In this document: in pieces, positions 37,377 to 51,334 of the stretch
Layout of the letters: each line of letters begins with the position of its first letter
Position numbering within the stretch: position 1 is the first letter of the stretch
Origin: Ophelia neglecta
Taxonomy: Eukaryota
DNA: 64,000 nucleotides
Assembly: GCA_965285935.1 (NCBI GenBank)
Contig: OZ260665.1
Coordinates: forward strand, 39,990,001 to 40,054,000
Direction: 5' to 3'
Made by a program: the position numbers and the translations under genes
Notes under the pieces: model-generated
Told to the model about the DNA's origin: nothing
Seen by the model: the letters and a program-made list of their open reading frames with translations, nothing else
Database searches by the model: none

Positions 37377-38197
37377 GAATAAATGTTTATTTGAAACGTT
37401 CGCTTTTTTATTACCTGCAGGAGGGACGGATGGGGATTTGCTTAATGGGTAAAAAAATATCTTGGCTGCGTACAACTTCCCATCCTTGAATAACTGGGCC
37501 TAAGTTAGCGAAAAAAATGCTGTGCAATTTAGTCAAATAACTTACTTTCGTGCAATGCCCCAAACTCATTTAGATACATACTATATATCAGAATCATAAA
37601 ACAGAGTTTTTGACATTATAGGAATAAATTCCCTCCCAAAGAAGATAATTGTAAACCTTCTCATATATTTGAATCCATTTCACCTAATAGAATAAGCTTA
37701 GTTGATATCTACTGCTGAGTCGTGCTAACAAACTGTCTTCACGAAAGAACCTGTTCAATTGCTTCAGGAGTGGATGCCATGAGCTAGGCATAATCGGTCA
37801 AATTTGTACTCCAAAAGGGTTTCTTATGTTTCGTTCATAAATGTCAAATAAGAAATAAGCAGATGGCCATCGTGATAAAAAAGCGTCTTCATATGTCTCA
37901 AGCGTTATGCCTACACCCATGGATTTAAGTTGTTTCAATATTTTTTATCAGGTAGCTGGACGGTCTAAAGAGTTTATCAAGACTGACTGTCGACAGCTGC
38001 CGATAGTTTCATCCTTGATAACGTCGTTATCTTCGGGGTAAACTTAGTGAAGTTTATACCTATGTGTTTTTCATCATATTATATTTTTTTCAAGCCGTCA
38101 CCGGTGATAGTCGGTCCAAGACATGCAAGCATGCAAGGAAATTGCACATATAATGAAGTCAGCTTAGTTTGTTACCCATTTCGGAATAGATTCGAAT

Positions 38198-38300
38198 GTC
38201 ATGCGTTGATCTGCCTTGACGGCGGAGGTAGTCAAAATACTAAAGTATTCTGTTTCTTCTCTCATGTAAACTTAAAGTGTCAAACTCCATTAATGTTGAT
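38198..38300 (+). ncRNA. Possible miniature PK-family element
   Basis: tgtca-N8-tctgcc. ctgcctt 38211-38217 / gaggtag 38225-38231, then tca. G-U-rich P0 38198-38209 / 38290-38300. Confidence 0.35.
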
Positions 38301-38422
38301 TAAGAGGAGGTAAAACACCCACAAACAGTACTTCTTTACCCGTACTTTCAAGAAATATTCACTTTTTTTCGACTTTTAAAATTCATCGAAATGAGAATCT
38401 TGTAAACGTCCAGGAAATGCCA

Positions 38423-39060
38423 AATATATATATATAGTTTTTTATTGACCTCCGCTTTCCGGAGAGCTTAAGGTGGTACATATAACATAACGTGTTTAAC
38501 ATTATTAGGCAATGAACAATGTGGTAGGTGTTAGGTTACATATTCAAACGTGCAGGATTATAAAAAAGAATATTAATTTAGTACAAGCTCGAATCAAATG
38601 AGGAGCTGTCACATGACTATAGTGGTCTCTTTAACCCTGCTAGTAGGCCTAGGCCTATACATTATATATTTATAGACGAGCCATACCACCTACGGGAATA
38701 CATAGAGAAGAGGGTACCGAGAATGAGCTCTGTCCCCTTAGAACCAGAAATGACCATGGCAAGGAAGGCTCGAGTCAACATGTCGTAGGGTGCGAAGGGA
38801 TCTATCGCATGGTCTCTTAGGTACTGTATGAGCGTGTCTCTGCTAGATCCTGTCTCCTGGCACACCCAAAAGAGATGGGAGAGAGTGTCACCAGCTTCAC
38901 CACATGTCGGACAGACATCCCCAGTATTTGTCTGCACATGTCTCACTGTATGCTCGTAAAGGCCTGACGTCTTAGTGGTAAGGGCCATCACTATTTGTGC
39001 TCCTTTTATCTGCCTCATTTTTTGGCGATTTTCCACATGCCTATTAGTTCATAGTCCGGA
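38423..39060 (-). mobile_element. 5'-truncated non-LTR retrotransposon: ORF2 C-terminus, 3' UTR and tail
   Basis: ORF 38662-39036 contains CPTCGEAGDTLSHLFWVC (zf-RVT-type CCHC). Downstream on minus: stem-loop ctccg/cggag (38450-38464), AATAAA (38441-38446) and a (TA)n tail (38423-38436). Confidence 0.8.
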
Positions 39061-40643
39061 CAGGAGTCTCTGAAAATATCCAGATTTTGATATGACAGGC
39101 ATTCCAGTTTCCAAAGCCTTTGCATCATCATCTGTTTAATTCAATAGTAAACTAACATTGTTATTAGCAATGAATGTTTTGCATATCTATTTAGTTTCCT
39201 TCACACGTCTCAGCCTGTATAAATATCTACCCTCGCTTTTGCTGATAATAAAGTGGGACCATTGCTCACTTTTTAATAGTTATTTCCTCCTGCCAGTGGT
39301 ACTTTTAGATGCGTCATAATATACAAACATTACTGTCTTGATATGCTGCTTAAGTGGCAAATATATGCAAATAAGCTATGGTTATTGCAGCTGAGTTAGC
39401 TTCCTTGTTCCCAACTTCAAATATCCCTTTGTATTCAATACGTATATGTAAGACGAATCGTGATTAAGAGTAAAAAAAGATACGATGTTAACTAGCGACT
39501 TTCATAAGGTACACGCATCAGAACCAGTATATCGATTAAGATACCACCTCATTTTGGAGAGAAATACATAGTTATAAATCGGAAAAAATGCAAGGAGCTT
39601 TTACGGGATTGAATGGAGCATTGTAAACCTTCTTTCCATCAAGACCCCTCGAATTCCGCAAGACTCCGACGCATGTTTTAGTAAAAGATGCACAGCCTAT
39701 TGCTTCTATAATCTTGATAACCTTTTTTTACCCGGTTTAACAGAATCAGTTTGTCTTGACGAGTTTTAACGTTTGTTGTTTCTCATAGCCTCATCAGAAC
39801 ATGTTTTATCTATCAGATGTCAGACGGACGTTCCAGATTAGTTTCCAACTCACTTTTTCCACGTCCTAGGTTATTCTGTATGTGACTTGACTGACCGTCT
39901 TTCAGAGAAGGTTCCTCGGAGCACCGTTTGATACAGGCGACTGGGATAATCTAGACAATGACCGTTTCGCTCGTTTAAAATAACAAATAGACTCAAGCTC
40001 TTATACAAGAAACTTCATTCACTGAAATTTGATCAAGAAATGAAAAGTCATGCTTTGTGATGCAAATGATTCTTTTGAGAAATTTCTTATTGTCAAACAT
40101 GGGTTAATAATGTATTTTGCCAACGCTTATCTTACAAAGAAATAAATTTGGTCACTAGAGCCAAACGAACTTTGTTTATAAACCTGTTTAAATATCAGCC
40201 CTTTTGATTTGAATGAACTGATAAAGAACAGAAGCATGATAATCGAGAGTTGGTGCTAACTTATAATAGAGGATTGTAAGTTATTTGGGAAAAAAATGTT
40301 ATGGATAGGTCGTAGATGGATTACAGAACACCTGTCACTCATTTTATTGTGTTGCATACTGGAAAAAAGACAAACGATGGGTGGATACCCATCAGACAAT
40401 ACCAGTTCTTAGCCATTTAAGATATGACACGAGACTGGATAATCAGTAGTAGACGCCAACCTATTAATTTCAGAGATAAGTCTAGATGAACAACGACTGA
40501 TTGGCCGACATCGATGGTATTTATGTATGACGATAATGAGATGCACCAGAAGGGAATGTTGTGCAGGTTTTGCAAGCGTACGAATGGAACTCGCGTCATT
40601 GGAGCCAATGAGCTTCATCACCCTATGATTAGCAATTTCCTTC

Positions 40644-40770
40644 TGTCACATTCATCCGCCGCTATGTATTTACGGATCCGTGATACCAACGCCGATAGTA
40701 GTGGCAAATAATAGTGCATTGGACAAGTTATGTGATTGTATGCATTGTAGATGAAGCATAGTGTATGGCA
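40644..40770 (+). ncRNA. Compact PK-family element (127 nt)
   Basis: P0 tgtca 40644-40648 / tggca 40766-40770. P1 gccgctat 40658-40665 / gtagtggc 40698-40705. P2 atagtgcat 40711-40719 / atgcattgt 40740-40748. PK gttatgt 40727-40733 / gcatagt 40756-40762. Confidence 0.5.
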
Positions 40771-41546
40771 ATGAATATTTTAATTCATCAGTTTTGAAGA
40801 AGGTCTGCTATGTGAATGATATTCGATCATTTAAATTAAGGAGTACCGAGTATAACTCAAAGTATAAAAGCAAGAAATCGTCATTTACCTGATATTAATG
40901 TTCAGGAATCCCTGTTCGTCTACCAAAGATTATTTTGACTTTCTCATGTATGCGTCGAACTCAAACGTTTTTCGCTATGCCCCATAAAGAAAATTTCATT
41001 CCCGTAGACAGCGAAAGGGATAATGCAACATTAACCGAAAAACAACCTCGCGATTACTTGACTACGTCATAGTTTTTTCCGAAAACTATATTGAATGGGC
41101 CGATGACTGTTTGTCACAGACAGCAGGCTAGGAGGTATGAAATAAGGATTATGTTATCCTCATGCAAAAAAAAAAAAATTCCTTGTTTTCAAGCTACCTT
41201 TTTCTGTGGCTTTTTTGATAACCACAACCTTATAAAACCAATGAAGTCAATCTTATGTTTATTTTGGTTTATTCTTATATATCATTACGGTCTTATAATT
41301 GCAACAGTTCAGTCAAATAATTATCAGAGGAAAGCGGATTAATGCTATGAACGGCTTCTTGGCTTGGCACCATACTTTATCATTTATCCTTTGTCAAGTT
41401 AGAATGAAAGTTTCAGGCCTGTTTATCAAATTTATTCGATTTGATGACATTAGCTTCAATCAATCGTTCAATCGAGAGCTCGAAATTGGCAGATAATAAA
41501 TATGAATCTCGGCGCTATACCCATATCGACTATATCATAGCAACTC

Positions 41547-41766
41547 ATCCTCAAGAGGCAAGCTGCCATGGCTACCCGTCATTCCTTTAACCGGATATCA
41601 ATAATCCTTATTTCTTTCCTCTGTCCCAACTGTCTTGTAAATTCCCATTCCGGGACTCAATGGCATCAGGTAGATTCACGGGTCAATTTTTGGAGAAAGA
41701 AAATGGTTTTTCTTTTGTGTCATTGTTCCATTCATAGAAACTCAATACCAACGTTTGATTTTGGAT
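41547..41766 (+). ncRNA. Probable PK-family element
   Basis: tgccat 41564-41569 / atggca 41660-41665, followed directly by tcag. Candidate PK gggtcaat/attgttcc. Confidence 0.35.
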
Positions 41767-42889
41767 TATTTCAAACCTTTATTGCAGAAAATGAATTAAT
41801 GATTACAATGTTTGGTGAAGACTGTGTTTCAGTAAAATTCGGATGACATGTGTATGAGCATAAGCAGAGTGATATATGTAGTGATTTGCCTTATGTTTTA
41901 TTCCTTACCTTAAGATTATATATCAATAAACTAATAGGGGAAAGCAACGATTTGCCATTGTGCAGTGCAAATAATTTCGTTTAGCTATATTATCCTAATA
42001 AGTTCTTTGAAATCGATTTTTTGACAAGTCAGGCTTCGTTTCACTGGAAGGGCAAAAAGATTTAATGGTTGTTTCCTTCATTGCCATTGGATCTTTCATT
42101 TTTTTCCAAAACTCTTGAGACCTTAAAGTTTGTTCTCGTCTTAAGATCCCATGTGTTTATACAATGGCTTCCGATCGATTCTACTTTTTTCATAAATCAC
42201 GTGACGTTCTGGTGGTGGGTTGCTATGGTAACAGGACACGGAGAATTAAGATAAAGGCATGATGTTAATCATCATTATGTGTCTTCTTTTCCAGTCAATA
42301 CTATGCATGTCTATGAAATACGACTCGAGAGAATTCAGTTACAAAAGAACGATGATAGTGAAGCACATGGACCAATGAAACTTTCAATATTTACATGATT
42401 AGTTCCGAAACATTCTTCTCTCAAACATTATATTTAAAGTGTCCACGTTTCGTCTGGTTGTGAGAGTTCTATACTAATTTAAAGACAAAAATCCGTGATT
42501 CAATGTTCATAATTTTATGTACTACCAAGGGTTTTTTGGAATATTTTGACCTATATAATTAACGAATCTTAATTATTGATTTGATTCTTGATTAATGATT
42601 TTTTTTTTCTGCCGGGTACCCAATCCCGTTTTATTTATGCAATATAGGGGCGAAGGGTTGTGGATCTAAGGCATCAATGTTTTTATAGCAGACAGCTAGC
42701 AGGCGACAGGAAGGTAAAAATTGCCTAACTGTGCGCGTGCAGCCACGATACAGCATCAGTAATTACGTTATCGACTATATTAGCTTAGCTCATTTTCGAC
42801 TTGGGGAAAGCCAAAGCCATTCCAGTACCTCAAAACCTCACCCAAGCATATACGTAAGTTAAGTAACAACATGGGTTCACTTTTTCAGA

Positions 42890-45480
42890 ACTGCACCCCG
42901 GGACATTTGCCTCAAAGAAACAATTGTTTTATGTTTGGGTGGCAAGGTACGTTTGAATCATTCTTTTCATCATTTCGGGTGGTGAGGCCTTGGCGCTTAT
43001 TACACCCTTTTGCTATCTTCCTTCCATGATCGTGAACATAACGGGAAGCCACTTGTATGCCCTCTGAGATACGTAAAATGTGAGACGGTGTCTGCAATAT
43101 GATTATAGCATAAAAATAATGAATAAATGAAACATGATAAACAGTATGACCTGAAAGTTTCCTGTGTACCACCTTATTTGACGTTTTGACACTAAGTGTA
43201 TTTCTGTAGTGAACTGTAGTATTTCAAGACATTCGATTTTGCAAACACTGAATGAAACGATGTGAATCAAAACTGCTTGGCAGGATTAGTAAGCACTACG
43301 TCAAATCTTTACACGAGCATGTTTTCTTCGGAAATAAACCAAAGAACAACTGCTGAGACAGTCTCCAGTGTTGCACGCCGCCGGAAAATAAGCATGTTTG
43401 GGGGTCGGAGCGGCTTTTGAAACTTTCAAGACCTCTACCGTCTGGGATTTGCGTAATCGATTCGAAACTAAATAGGCAAAGATTATTGGGTTACGCGTGG
43501 GGGAATTTTGCAGTGGTTGTCGATAATCTGGTCGGTATTTTCTATGAATACCAAGCTATTTGATGTGAGAATCTCCCACTTTTTGATGCCTAGATACTTA
43601 AGACCAGTTGCACTGGGGACCAGTTTAACTACACGCACCATATCTCTTTCATCTTCTTCGGACCGCAGTAGTATCCGCGAGTATTCAAACTAGGAGTTCG
43701 ATTTGCGTGGATTTTTAAGCTCATTTGCGATATGGTTGTCATGCGTTAGAATTGAAAAGTGAATGATGATACCCAAAACCCTACATGTATTTGAAAGAGT
43801 GGCGATTATTGTACATGAGGATATGGCATTCTTCTGGCGTCTCAACATGTTTCGCCCATGCCACGGCTAATACATGAGGAAAAGTGTATGATTAAGTTAA
43901 TGTATACGATGATATGTATACTTAATTGTTCCGAACATAGATGGATCGCAATTATATTTTTAATTAAATTTGACTTTTAAGGAGTTGCATATAAAGTGAC
44001 TCACATATTCCATCTTCACCATTACAAGTATTCATCATCCAACTCGTCTTCTAGGCAGTCAATTTGTCTATTTGGAGTAAGGGCGTGAACAACCATACCG
44101 ATTGAGGGAACTCAGAAAGCGAACACATACGCGTTGTTGTTGCGTGGTTTTCATTATGTATAATTCATGATGTTGTGTGACGTTATTGTGTATTTAGTCC
44201 ATATTAATCTTATTCAGACATTTGCTTGGAACGAATGTATACGACATGTATCAAATAATGGACCTTGCACCTGCTAAGATAAGCATTTTTTCATTCTTTG
44301 TCCAACTTCTGAGTTGTGTTTCGAGATAAGAACAGAAAGATGAAGGCCAAATCGATCCGCCAAGAGTAAGGTCTTTCAGCAAGGTCGTGTTTCTCTGGTG
44401 GCTGGTTGGTAATGAAAAGATGACGCAGGACACTCCATTCTTGCGAAAGCAAACTGATCAGCCGCTTTGTGCGTTAGATCCAACCAGAGCACATTCCTCT
44501 AGTATTTTGATAATATTCATTGCTTCCATTTCGCTCTTGCTCTGGAAAGTTATTGTCGACTTTGCCAGTCATCGATCCTAATTCAATTTCCGCAAGAAAA
44601 ATGTTCGCAATTTCCGACGACAGCAGAGTGCCATGCTGCTCGGATACGAGAGAATCACTTATCAGGCCAACTCACAAAACGACCATTATCCTGGGCCTTG
44701 AAGAATAATTTCTTCTGATTAACCATAATCCTGTTTTTTAAAGGCTTTCTGTTTCACTGCTCGATTTATAACATAGTAGGCAGGAAAGGTGCCATAACAT
44801 TAAGCGGTTACCGACTGGGCTACTTTCTCAAACAGACTCCCCAGGAAGGAGTTTCGAACCGTTTGATAAGATATATGAAAGGATTATGAAAACAGAATTA
44901 GGCCTAAGGACCATCAAATGGTCAATATATATCAGTACCAACTCTGCTTGACAATTTCTTATTCCAATCAATTGAGCTTAAACAAAATCTTTCAAAACTG
45001 GAAAACCTCATTTTTGAAAATTAGAGAACTGTGCATTGCTATTAGCGCGGTACCTGAAGAATTTTGAGCAAAGTAAATGATCATGTCTGATTAATGAGTC
45101 TATTTCCACCTGGGACTTCTCTACCTTGTATACTACACCTCCGCATGCTTTTTAAGTTACATTTGAAAGAGCACATAAACATACATTTCTTCAAACAGGA
45201 AACCATTAAATAAATATAAGCAATAGAAAATCTTTCTATTCACTCACTGAATGTCAAAGTTACCACATACAGAGGGCAACCCAGTTTGTTGAGATACTTT
45301 ACTTCCTCATCGACAACATTATTGTCCGATTGGGTAGAGAGGTATTTTGCCAAACCCTTGATTTTCCAATGGGGACCAACTGCGATGCATTGATGGCGGT
45401 TTTATTTTTTCACTTATGAATATGACCTTATTACTAGTTTTCTGAGGGTTGGGAAGTTGCACATAGGCAGGAAATTTTCT
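42890..45480 (-). mobile_element. Decayed Penelope-like retroelement (RT + linker + GIY-YIG)
   Basis: Collinear frameshifted motifs on minus: YIDHL...SYI, LNVMAPF (cf. DV.SLF), M/GTLLSSEIANIFLAEIE (cf. AMGS.LS..IANIFM..LE), KVDNNF (cf. YVDDIF), SRILLR...IKKWEIL linker, KSNVLKYY...*GGT (GIY-YIG), VSHF...GH. May extend to about 46.3 kb. Confidence 0.7.
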
Positions 45481-45492
45481 TCTTAATTTATA

Positions 45493-45559
45493 TATATAGA
45501 TGATATAGTTCATCTAATAACACATACTACATATATATGATATAGTTCATCTAATAACA
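45493..45559. repeat. 37-bp period tandem duplication
   Basis: tgatatagttcatctaataaca at 45501 and 45538. Confidence 0.85.
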
Positions 45560-46805
45560 AATACTTCAGACAATGTGTTAGTGTCATTATTATAAGAACC
45601 TGAAGGTACCATTGACAGCCATAATAGTTTTTCATAAGGTGCTGTGGCTGCTGATTTCTGATTAAATGGACTTTTCGTGAGCAGAGATTTGATTTTGTCT
45701 GCCAGATTTTCACTACCGTTCTTTCATTTTCTATTTAATAATGCTAGGGGAATTCTTGGCTGATTTCATGTTAAAACACTTTACACCCAGTGACTTATAG
45801 CTTCACCATTTGGTAATTTTTAGTAGTGGAACAATTGGTCACCATTTTGATTACTATATGTATATTGATGTGGGGTTGGATTTTGTTTTCACGGCTGATT
45901 GGCTACATTATTCAATAGAGGGCCAGGATACGTTTGCCGTAATAATCTTCTGATGACTGTATGGGGTCACTGGTATAGTGTCTGTGTATATACAACTGCA
46001 AAGAATTAAGTTTGGTCTTCATCGAGCTTCAAATATTTCATCGGAGCATATAATTGAATGAAGAAATGACACAAGGGGCATTGGAACTGGGGAAAAACAT
46101 CAGGGATGGATATTTCACAGGAATTATTTCATGCTAACAGATCAAATGATTTATCTTCTTGACATTTGCTTACACGCTATACAATCATGATACTGATATT
46201 GTGTTGACCAGTAGATGTTTTAGCCTGTTGAAGGTGGACCACTTTGATGGATTATTTTGGCATTGGGCTTTCTTTCCGTCTGCAGGAATCCACTCCACCT
46301 GACTTTCTTTAATCAACGTACATATGCCACAAATATGACTTTTAAAGACGCACTATTATAATTATAGTCTACCTATTCCTGTTGCCCCCCATTCATCAAT
46401 TTTGTTTCATTTTATTACAGCTCGGAAAGAATTCTATTCAATTTTCTTTTACAGAATAAGTGCCATTGGCCAATTTGTGACTCACATTCTAGATTCCGAA
46501 ATAACGGTTCCTTGTACAAACCATTTTTGTCGTCGATATTCCCAGCCGGGAGTTATTGAAAAGCCAATTATGAAAAAGTGCTTATTTACAGACTTCAACA
46601 CTATTTATTATTCAAGACATTCCGCACGCTACTTGGTCCAGACGGCAGATAATCCGTCCACAAAGACTTTAGATATGTGTTGAAACTATTAATGTTTTAT
46701 GATAACATCGAGTGGTCGGTTAGACGAATGCCAGATAAATTGGAGAACAGGCAGCCTGCGCAAACAAAACAAAAGATACAATACGACTTTTGGCCATTTA
46801 AAGCA

Positions 46806-46984
46806 GATTACCTGGGTACGACTACCTACCTGGCTCGCCAGTTCCTTGCTAGAGATCGGTACCGAGCTACCAAACCCTAGCAAGTTGTTTATTGTTGACA
46901 GGTGTGTAGAAAGAGGGGGAAACAAACAACTTTATGCTGGGTTACCTGCTAGTTAGCGAAAAATCTCACCGACAAGTTTCTTTT
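46806..46984 (+). ncRNA. Probable PK-family element
   Basis: GATTA-N14-CCTACC. P1 tacctg/caggtg (46899-46904). Inner cttgctag 46845-46852 / ctagcaag 46877-46884. Confidence 0.35.
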
Positions 46985-47416
46985 GTGGAATTGACAACTA
47001 GAATGTCTCTCAATTTATTTTACCCTCAAATAAGTTCTTCCTTGAAATCGTAGTAATTTAAACACTGAATTGTAAACTTTGTTGTTGAACAGACACCACA
47101 GATAAGCGTACTTATCCGCGCCCTACAGGGACATGCTAGTAATTAAGTGTAATTTTCTTTAAATATAGGCTTTTCGAAGTCTTTAAAATGAACACAGTTA
47201 TCTCTATCATTGAATGTAGGGGGCCGTCCCAGATAAATGTTGATATAGTATTGTTTCTTCCTGGTTGAACAGGGATCTGTTAGGAATCTTATTTAACCTT
47301 GCTTGACTTCTTTCGTGAGCGGTGTCTTTTTTGCCAAAGAAATATATCAGATTGTAAGGATGATATCATGTATGTTACCCAACTCCGCTTACCACAAAGG
47401 TCATATCTCTTTGACC

Positions 47417-47635
47417 TCTATCGCTAGTTGTAGGAAATGGCTATCATAACTTGAAAGAGGACGCTGTTCCCTACAGTATTTCAGGAGTTGTTGAATCGAT
47501 GAAAGGTAAGATAGATCTGTCCTGGGAACGATGATATTACCAAGTGCGCCACTACCTTGCTATGAAGAGTGTGAGTCTTCCCTCAGCAGGCTGTTTTTCT
47601 TCATTTATCAGTGGCAGGACCTGTTCGCAATAAGA
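47417..47635 (-). ncRNA. Probable PK-family element
   Basis: Minus CCTGCC (47613-47618). gccactg/tagtggc and atgaaga/tcttcat; tatcat/atgata with gttccc/gggaac; P0 tcttattgc/gcgataga. Confidence 0.4.
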
Positions 47636-48499
47636 ACTACCTAGAGATAAACCTAATGGTTTATCGTATTCAAATTCGACAGAAAGAGACGTATGGGTAT
47701 TCCCTCGACTCTTTTACAACGGTGGTTGTTAATGGCGTTGATTACAACGATGCAAGTTACAGGAAATTGAAACGGATGTATAGTAAATTAGTTCTTTTCA
47801 AATGCGGCTAATCTAACAAAAGGTTTGTTTTGCTGTACTGGAGTGGAAATAAAAGCAATGTCATACGTGGTAAATAAACTACTAGCCCAGTAGGACTCGG
47901 TCTGAAAAGCTGCTTGATATTTTATCCGCAGTGTTAATAGGCCGCATGCCTTTTGATGGAGCCAACCAATATCGAGTGCCGTTTTGAGTGGAACCTTTTT
48001 TGTAAACTTAAGGCTGGGCTTTGTTGGCTGGCTATCGAGGGACCTATCCTAATAACTTCGTTGGTTCATGCTAGCTAGGTTTATGCTACCCTCCTTTACA
48101 AAAGTTATTTATAGACAATTATTGGTATAGAAAACATTCTAATTTGCCATATTGGGAACATTCTTAGCGCTTAAACATTTGTATAAATATATACAATCTT
48201 TGAGCAATATTTCTACATACTTTCATCGAACCCTTGACTTTTGTTATCATCTTCGTTGCGATGTTATCTTATCACAGGTCTTATTACAAGTATCACAAGA
48301 AGTTATCCAAATCCATACACCAGGAAAGAGGTATCGGACTAGATGTAGAAATCACCTTGCATATGGGATAAAAAAATTGCCCTTAAAAAGTACCAGACGA
48401 AATTAATAGATTGATGAAAAATACAATTCACGTACACCATGAATCATGGACACAATAACTCGATTTTCTATACCTACAAGATAAGTGCACAATATAAAG

Positions 48500-48680
48500 A
48501 GCCGAGCGCCATCTTTACGAACTCTTTCGACTGCTATTCGGTGGTGAGCATTTGTTTTGCTAGCGCCCTGGTATGTTGAGGAAGATCAAAATGATGACAA
48601 GTTATCTATAATTCGACCCGATGGCAAGTTTAGAAGCCAAAAGTTGTTGACATCTCTGTTATGTGCTAGGCCAGTTTTGC
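48500..48680 (+). ncRNA. Possible PK-family element
   Basis: gccatc 48508-48513 / gatggc 48620-48625. P2 gtttag/ctaggc. PK caaaagttg/cagttttg. Confidence 0.3.
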
Positions 48681-51334
48681 AGAAAACATCATCCTAATGT
48701 TCTATGCCAGTGTCACAGAGTAGGCATTTCGCTCTGAACATCTCACAATTCTATGCCTGCAGACTTTCACGAACAATTCAAACAGATTTTGAGATTGAAC
48801 AGTCTTTGCGGTTAAATTTATTTCTCGTGTAGGGAGACATAGGAGAGGAGCCGAGGAAAAACAAGAGAGACGCATAAGGTTTAGCATTTCAGCAATCGAC
48901 ACAGTAATCTCAGCAAATTGTGTTAAATCGGCAAGACCAGTTTTGTGTCTCTGCCAACGCATGTACGCGCTCCAGGAGGATGTACAAACACTTGGTTTTC
49001 ATTTGTAGTAGCTATTGAAAACGGACAATGATCAAGTGTGATAGGATCAAATAACGCAAGTGTAATTTTTGTCCCAAACGAAGAGATGGACTGTTCGAAG
49101 TAACCCGTTAAATCGTATTTTTGATTAAAGTTGTTTGTTACTTTATTTAACAGTAAGCAACACTTTGAAGCATAGGTCTCCGCTAAGTTAACAAGTGTAT
49201 CGGACAATATAGGGAAAGGCGATGTGCGCCTCTCTTGTTTTTTTTCTCTGTCCTACTTCAACAACTGCTCGTTTGTCTTGTGATATTTGACTCGCATCCT
49301 GTAAAACTGTAGAGTTCTTATTGTTTATACATTGTTTGGAATGTTTATTTTGTTCCATGTTAATTTACTGTTTGCGTGATGGAGATTGATTTACCGACGT
49401 GTCCGCTGGTTCTTGATGGTTTTGAAACGGTTCAATGGACTAGTCTTAACTAATAATTTCACTTTGTCGGCCGGGTATCCACTTCCGTTTTTCGATTCAT
49501 GATCACTAGCGCTATATCAGTACTTGTGCTTCGATCAATATTTTCTGACAATGTTATATCTGATCAATGCGAATATTCTTTAAATCACTAAATCTGAAAA
49601 TAATTTTCAGACAGTTTTGAAAGTATGATGACATTCACTCAGCGTAATCGAATCATGAATATTTTATATTATATATGCCAGGGATTGGCATCGATCATTG
49701 CATTTTCAAGAGTCAGCAAAACTTGCAAGAAATTCACTAAAACATTATTCACTGAAACAGTATTTCGGCTACAAAATACAAACAGTATATCAAATCGTGA
49801 TGATTTTCATTAAAGCTATCGCTGTGTTTACACACTAATATGATATTTTGCAAAAGGCCATACGCAAATTTTGGTTTCCTTTGTTTTATTATCATCGTCC
49901 TAAAAAAACGCACGGCATACTAAGCTAAATCGCCAATCAAAAGTGTAACAATAAATCGGTCCGTAAGCATTCGGAACCTTAAAAAAGCCTGTTACACTAA
50001 CGCCAGGTATAATAATGTAGCTTTGTGGCCTGTGTAGATTGTTGGAGTTAACATTTGGGTAGACTGAGGAACGCTTTAGCCCCAAGTCTCACCTTTTACT
50101 GTGACAGGAGCAATAAGTTTTGAATTTAAAAAGCAAAACAAAAAAACGTTTGAGTTGTTTGTGATAGTAAGGCACTGGGCAAGAATTCGTATTTCATTTC
50201 CTTCAAAAGCTGGTTCGGCCCTGGTTTTTCTAATGAAAAACATCAGATTTAGTTAATTTTATAGCCTAACAAAGTAAACTATGTGATATAGATTTTAAAC
50301 ATTCAGTCTTATGATAAGTAGCACCCAATCTGCCAGGGCTTAAAGATCATGGACACCAGCTTTCTACAACAAGATCCTCCCAAAACGCATCAAGGGAAAC
50401 TTTTTCTGGTGGCAGAAAACTGGTACAGGATAAATGACATAAAACTGGCGCGTTTTGCAATATCCAAGGAAAGGTGCTGACGTCAATACAGTCAAAACAT
50501 AGTTGTACATAGCTCCCTGTATATTAATTTCCAAAGGCACCTGTTGAGTAAGTTAGAGGTGAAAGTGGCAGAGAAGAGGTTAAATATGCGCATTCTACTT
50601 ATTTAGGCGTGTCTTTTCCCAACTTCTGAATTGGGGAAGGCTGACTGCCCTGAACCATCTAGTAATACAAATCCTGAAATGATGGAATTACAATATAAAT
50701 TATATTCAATACTATGTTGTGTTGACTTCTTGTCTGAATTGTTTTTTTGTGTAGATAGTTTAGCAAGGTCTTATAATCATCCTTGCCGCGTAATACTTTT
50801 CTGTGGGTTTTTTTTAACAGTCATGGAACGCTCCAGACTTTATCGTAAAGCATTATGCAGTTCTTATTCTTTGGTGCGAATATGCCTTCATTCCTATAAA
50901 TATGTTCATAGAGAAGACATGGTCTACTTTCAAAAGTGAAAACAAATCTCTTCAACCATTGGCACTGTTTATCTTATTGGTATGTGTTACAACGTATGTC
51001 TACAAATAGTCTCCTGGTATAACAAACAATGTCTGAGATGACGGACTAGAAAGAGGCACTACTCAAAGGCTTGATACTATAAAACTTCTACTCTTGTAAT
51101 AGGAGTCTGTCCTATTAATAAATATACTAAATCAGGTAACAGACGATTCCATACACATTAATCGAACAAATCTTGATGAATGGTTTCACTTTATTCTTGT
51201 CTGTCTGGTTTTCATTCCCGTTTTGTTTCTGTCAGTCACAAACAACGCATTTAGAACACAGTTTGTGATAACTAATATCATAGCACATAACAACCTAAAT
51301 ATACACAGGTGTTGGGTGACACACGCGAACCCAA

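Noticed and set aside
39700-39745. Minus-strand CUGAUGA...GAAAC...GUU hammerhead-like string
   Set aside because: Stem II lacks the G-C pair and stems I and III barely pair.
44577-44804. CCTGCCTAC plus stems fitting the PK-family on the minus strand
   Set aside because: Lies inside the Penelope RT remnant (codes ...APFLPT...). It is a chance fit and shows that hand-fitting short stems yields false positives.
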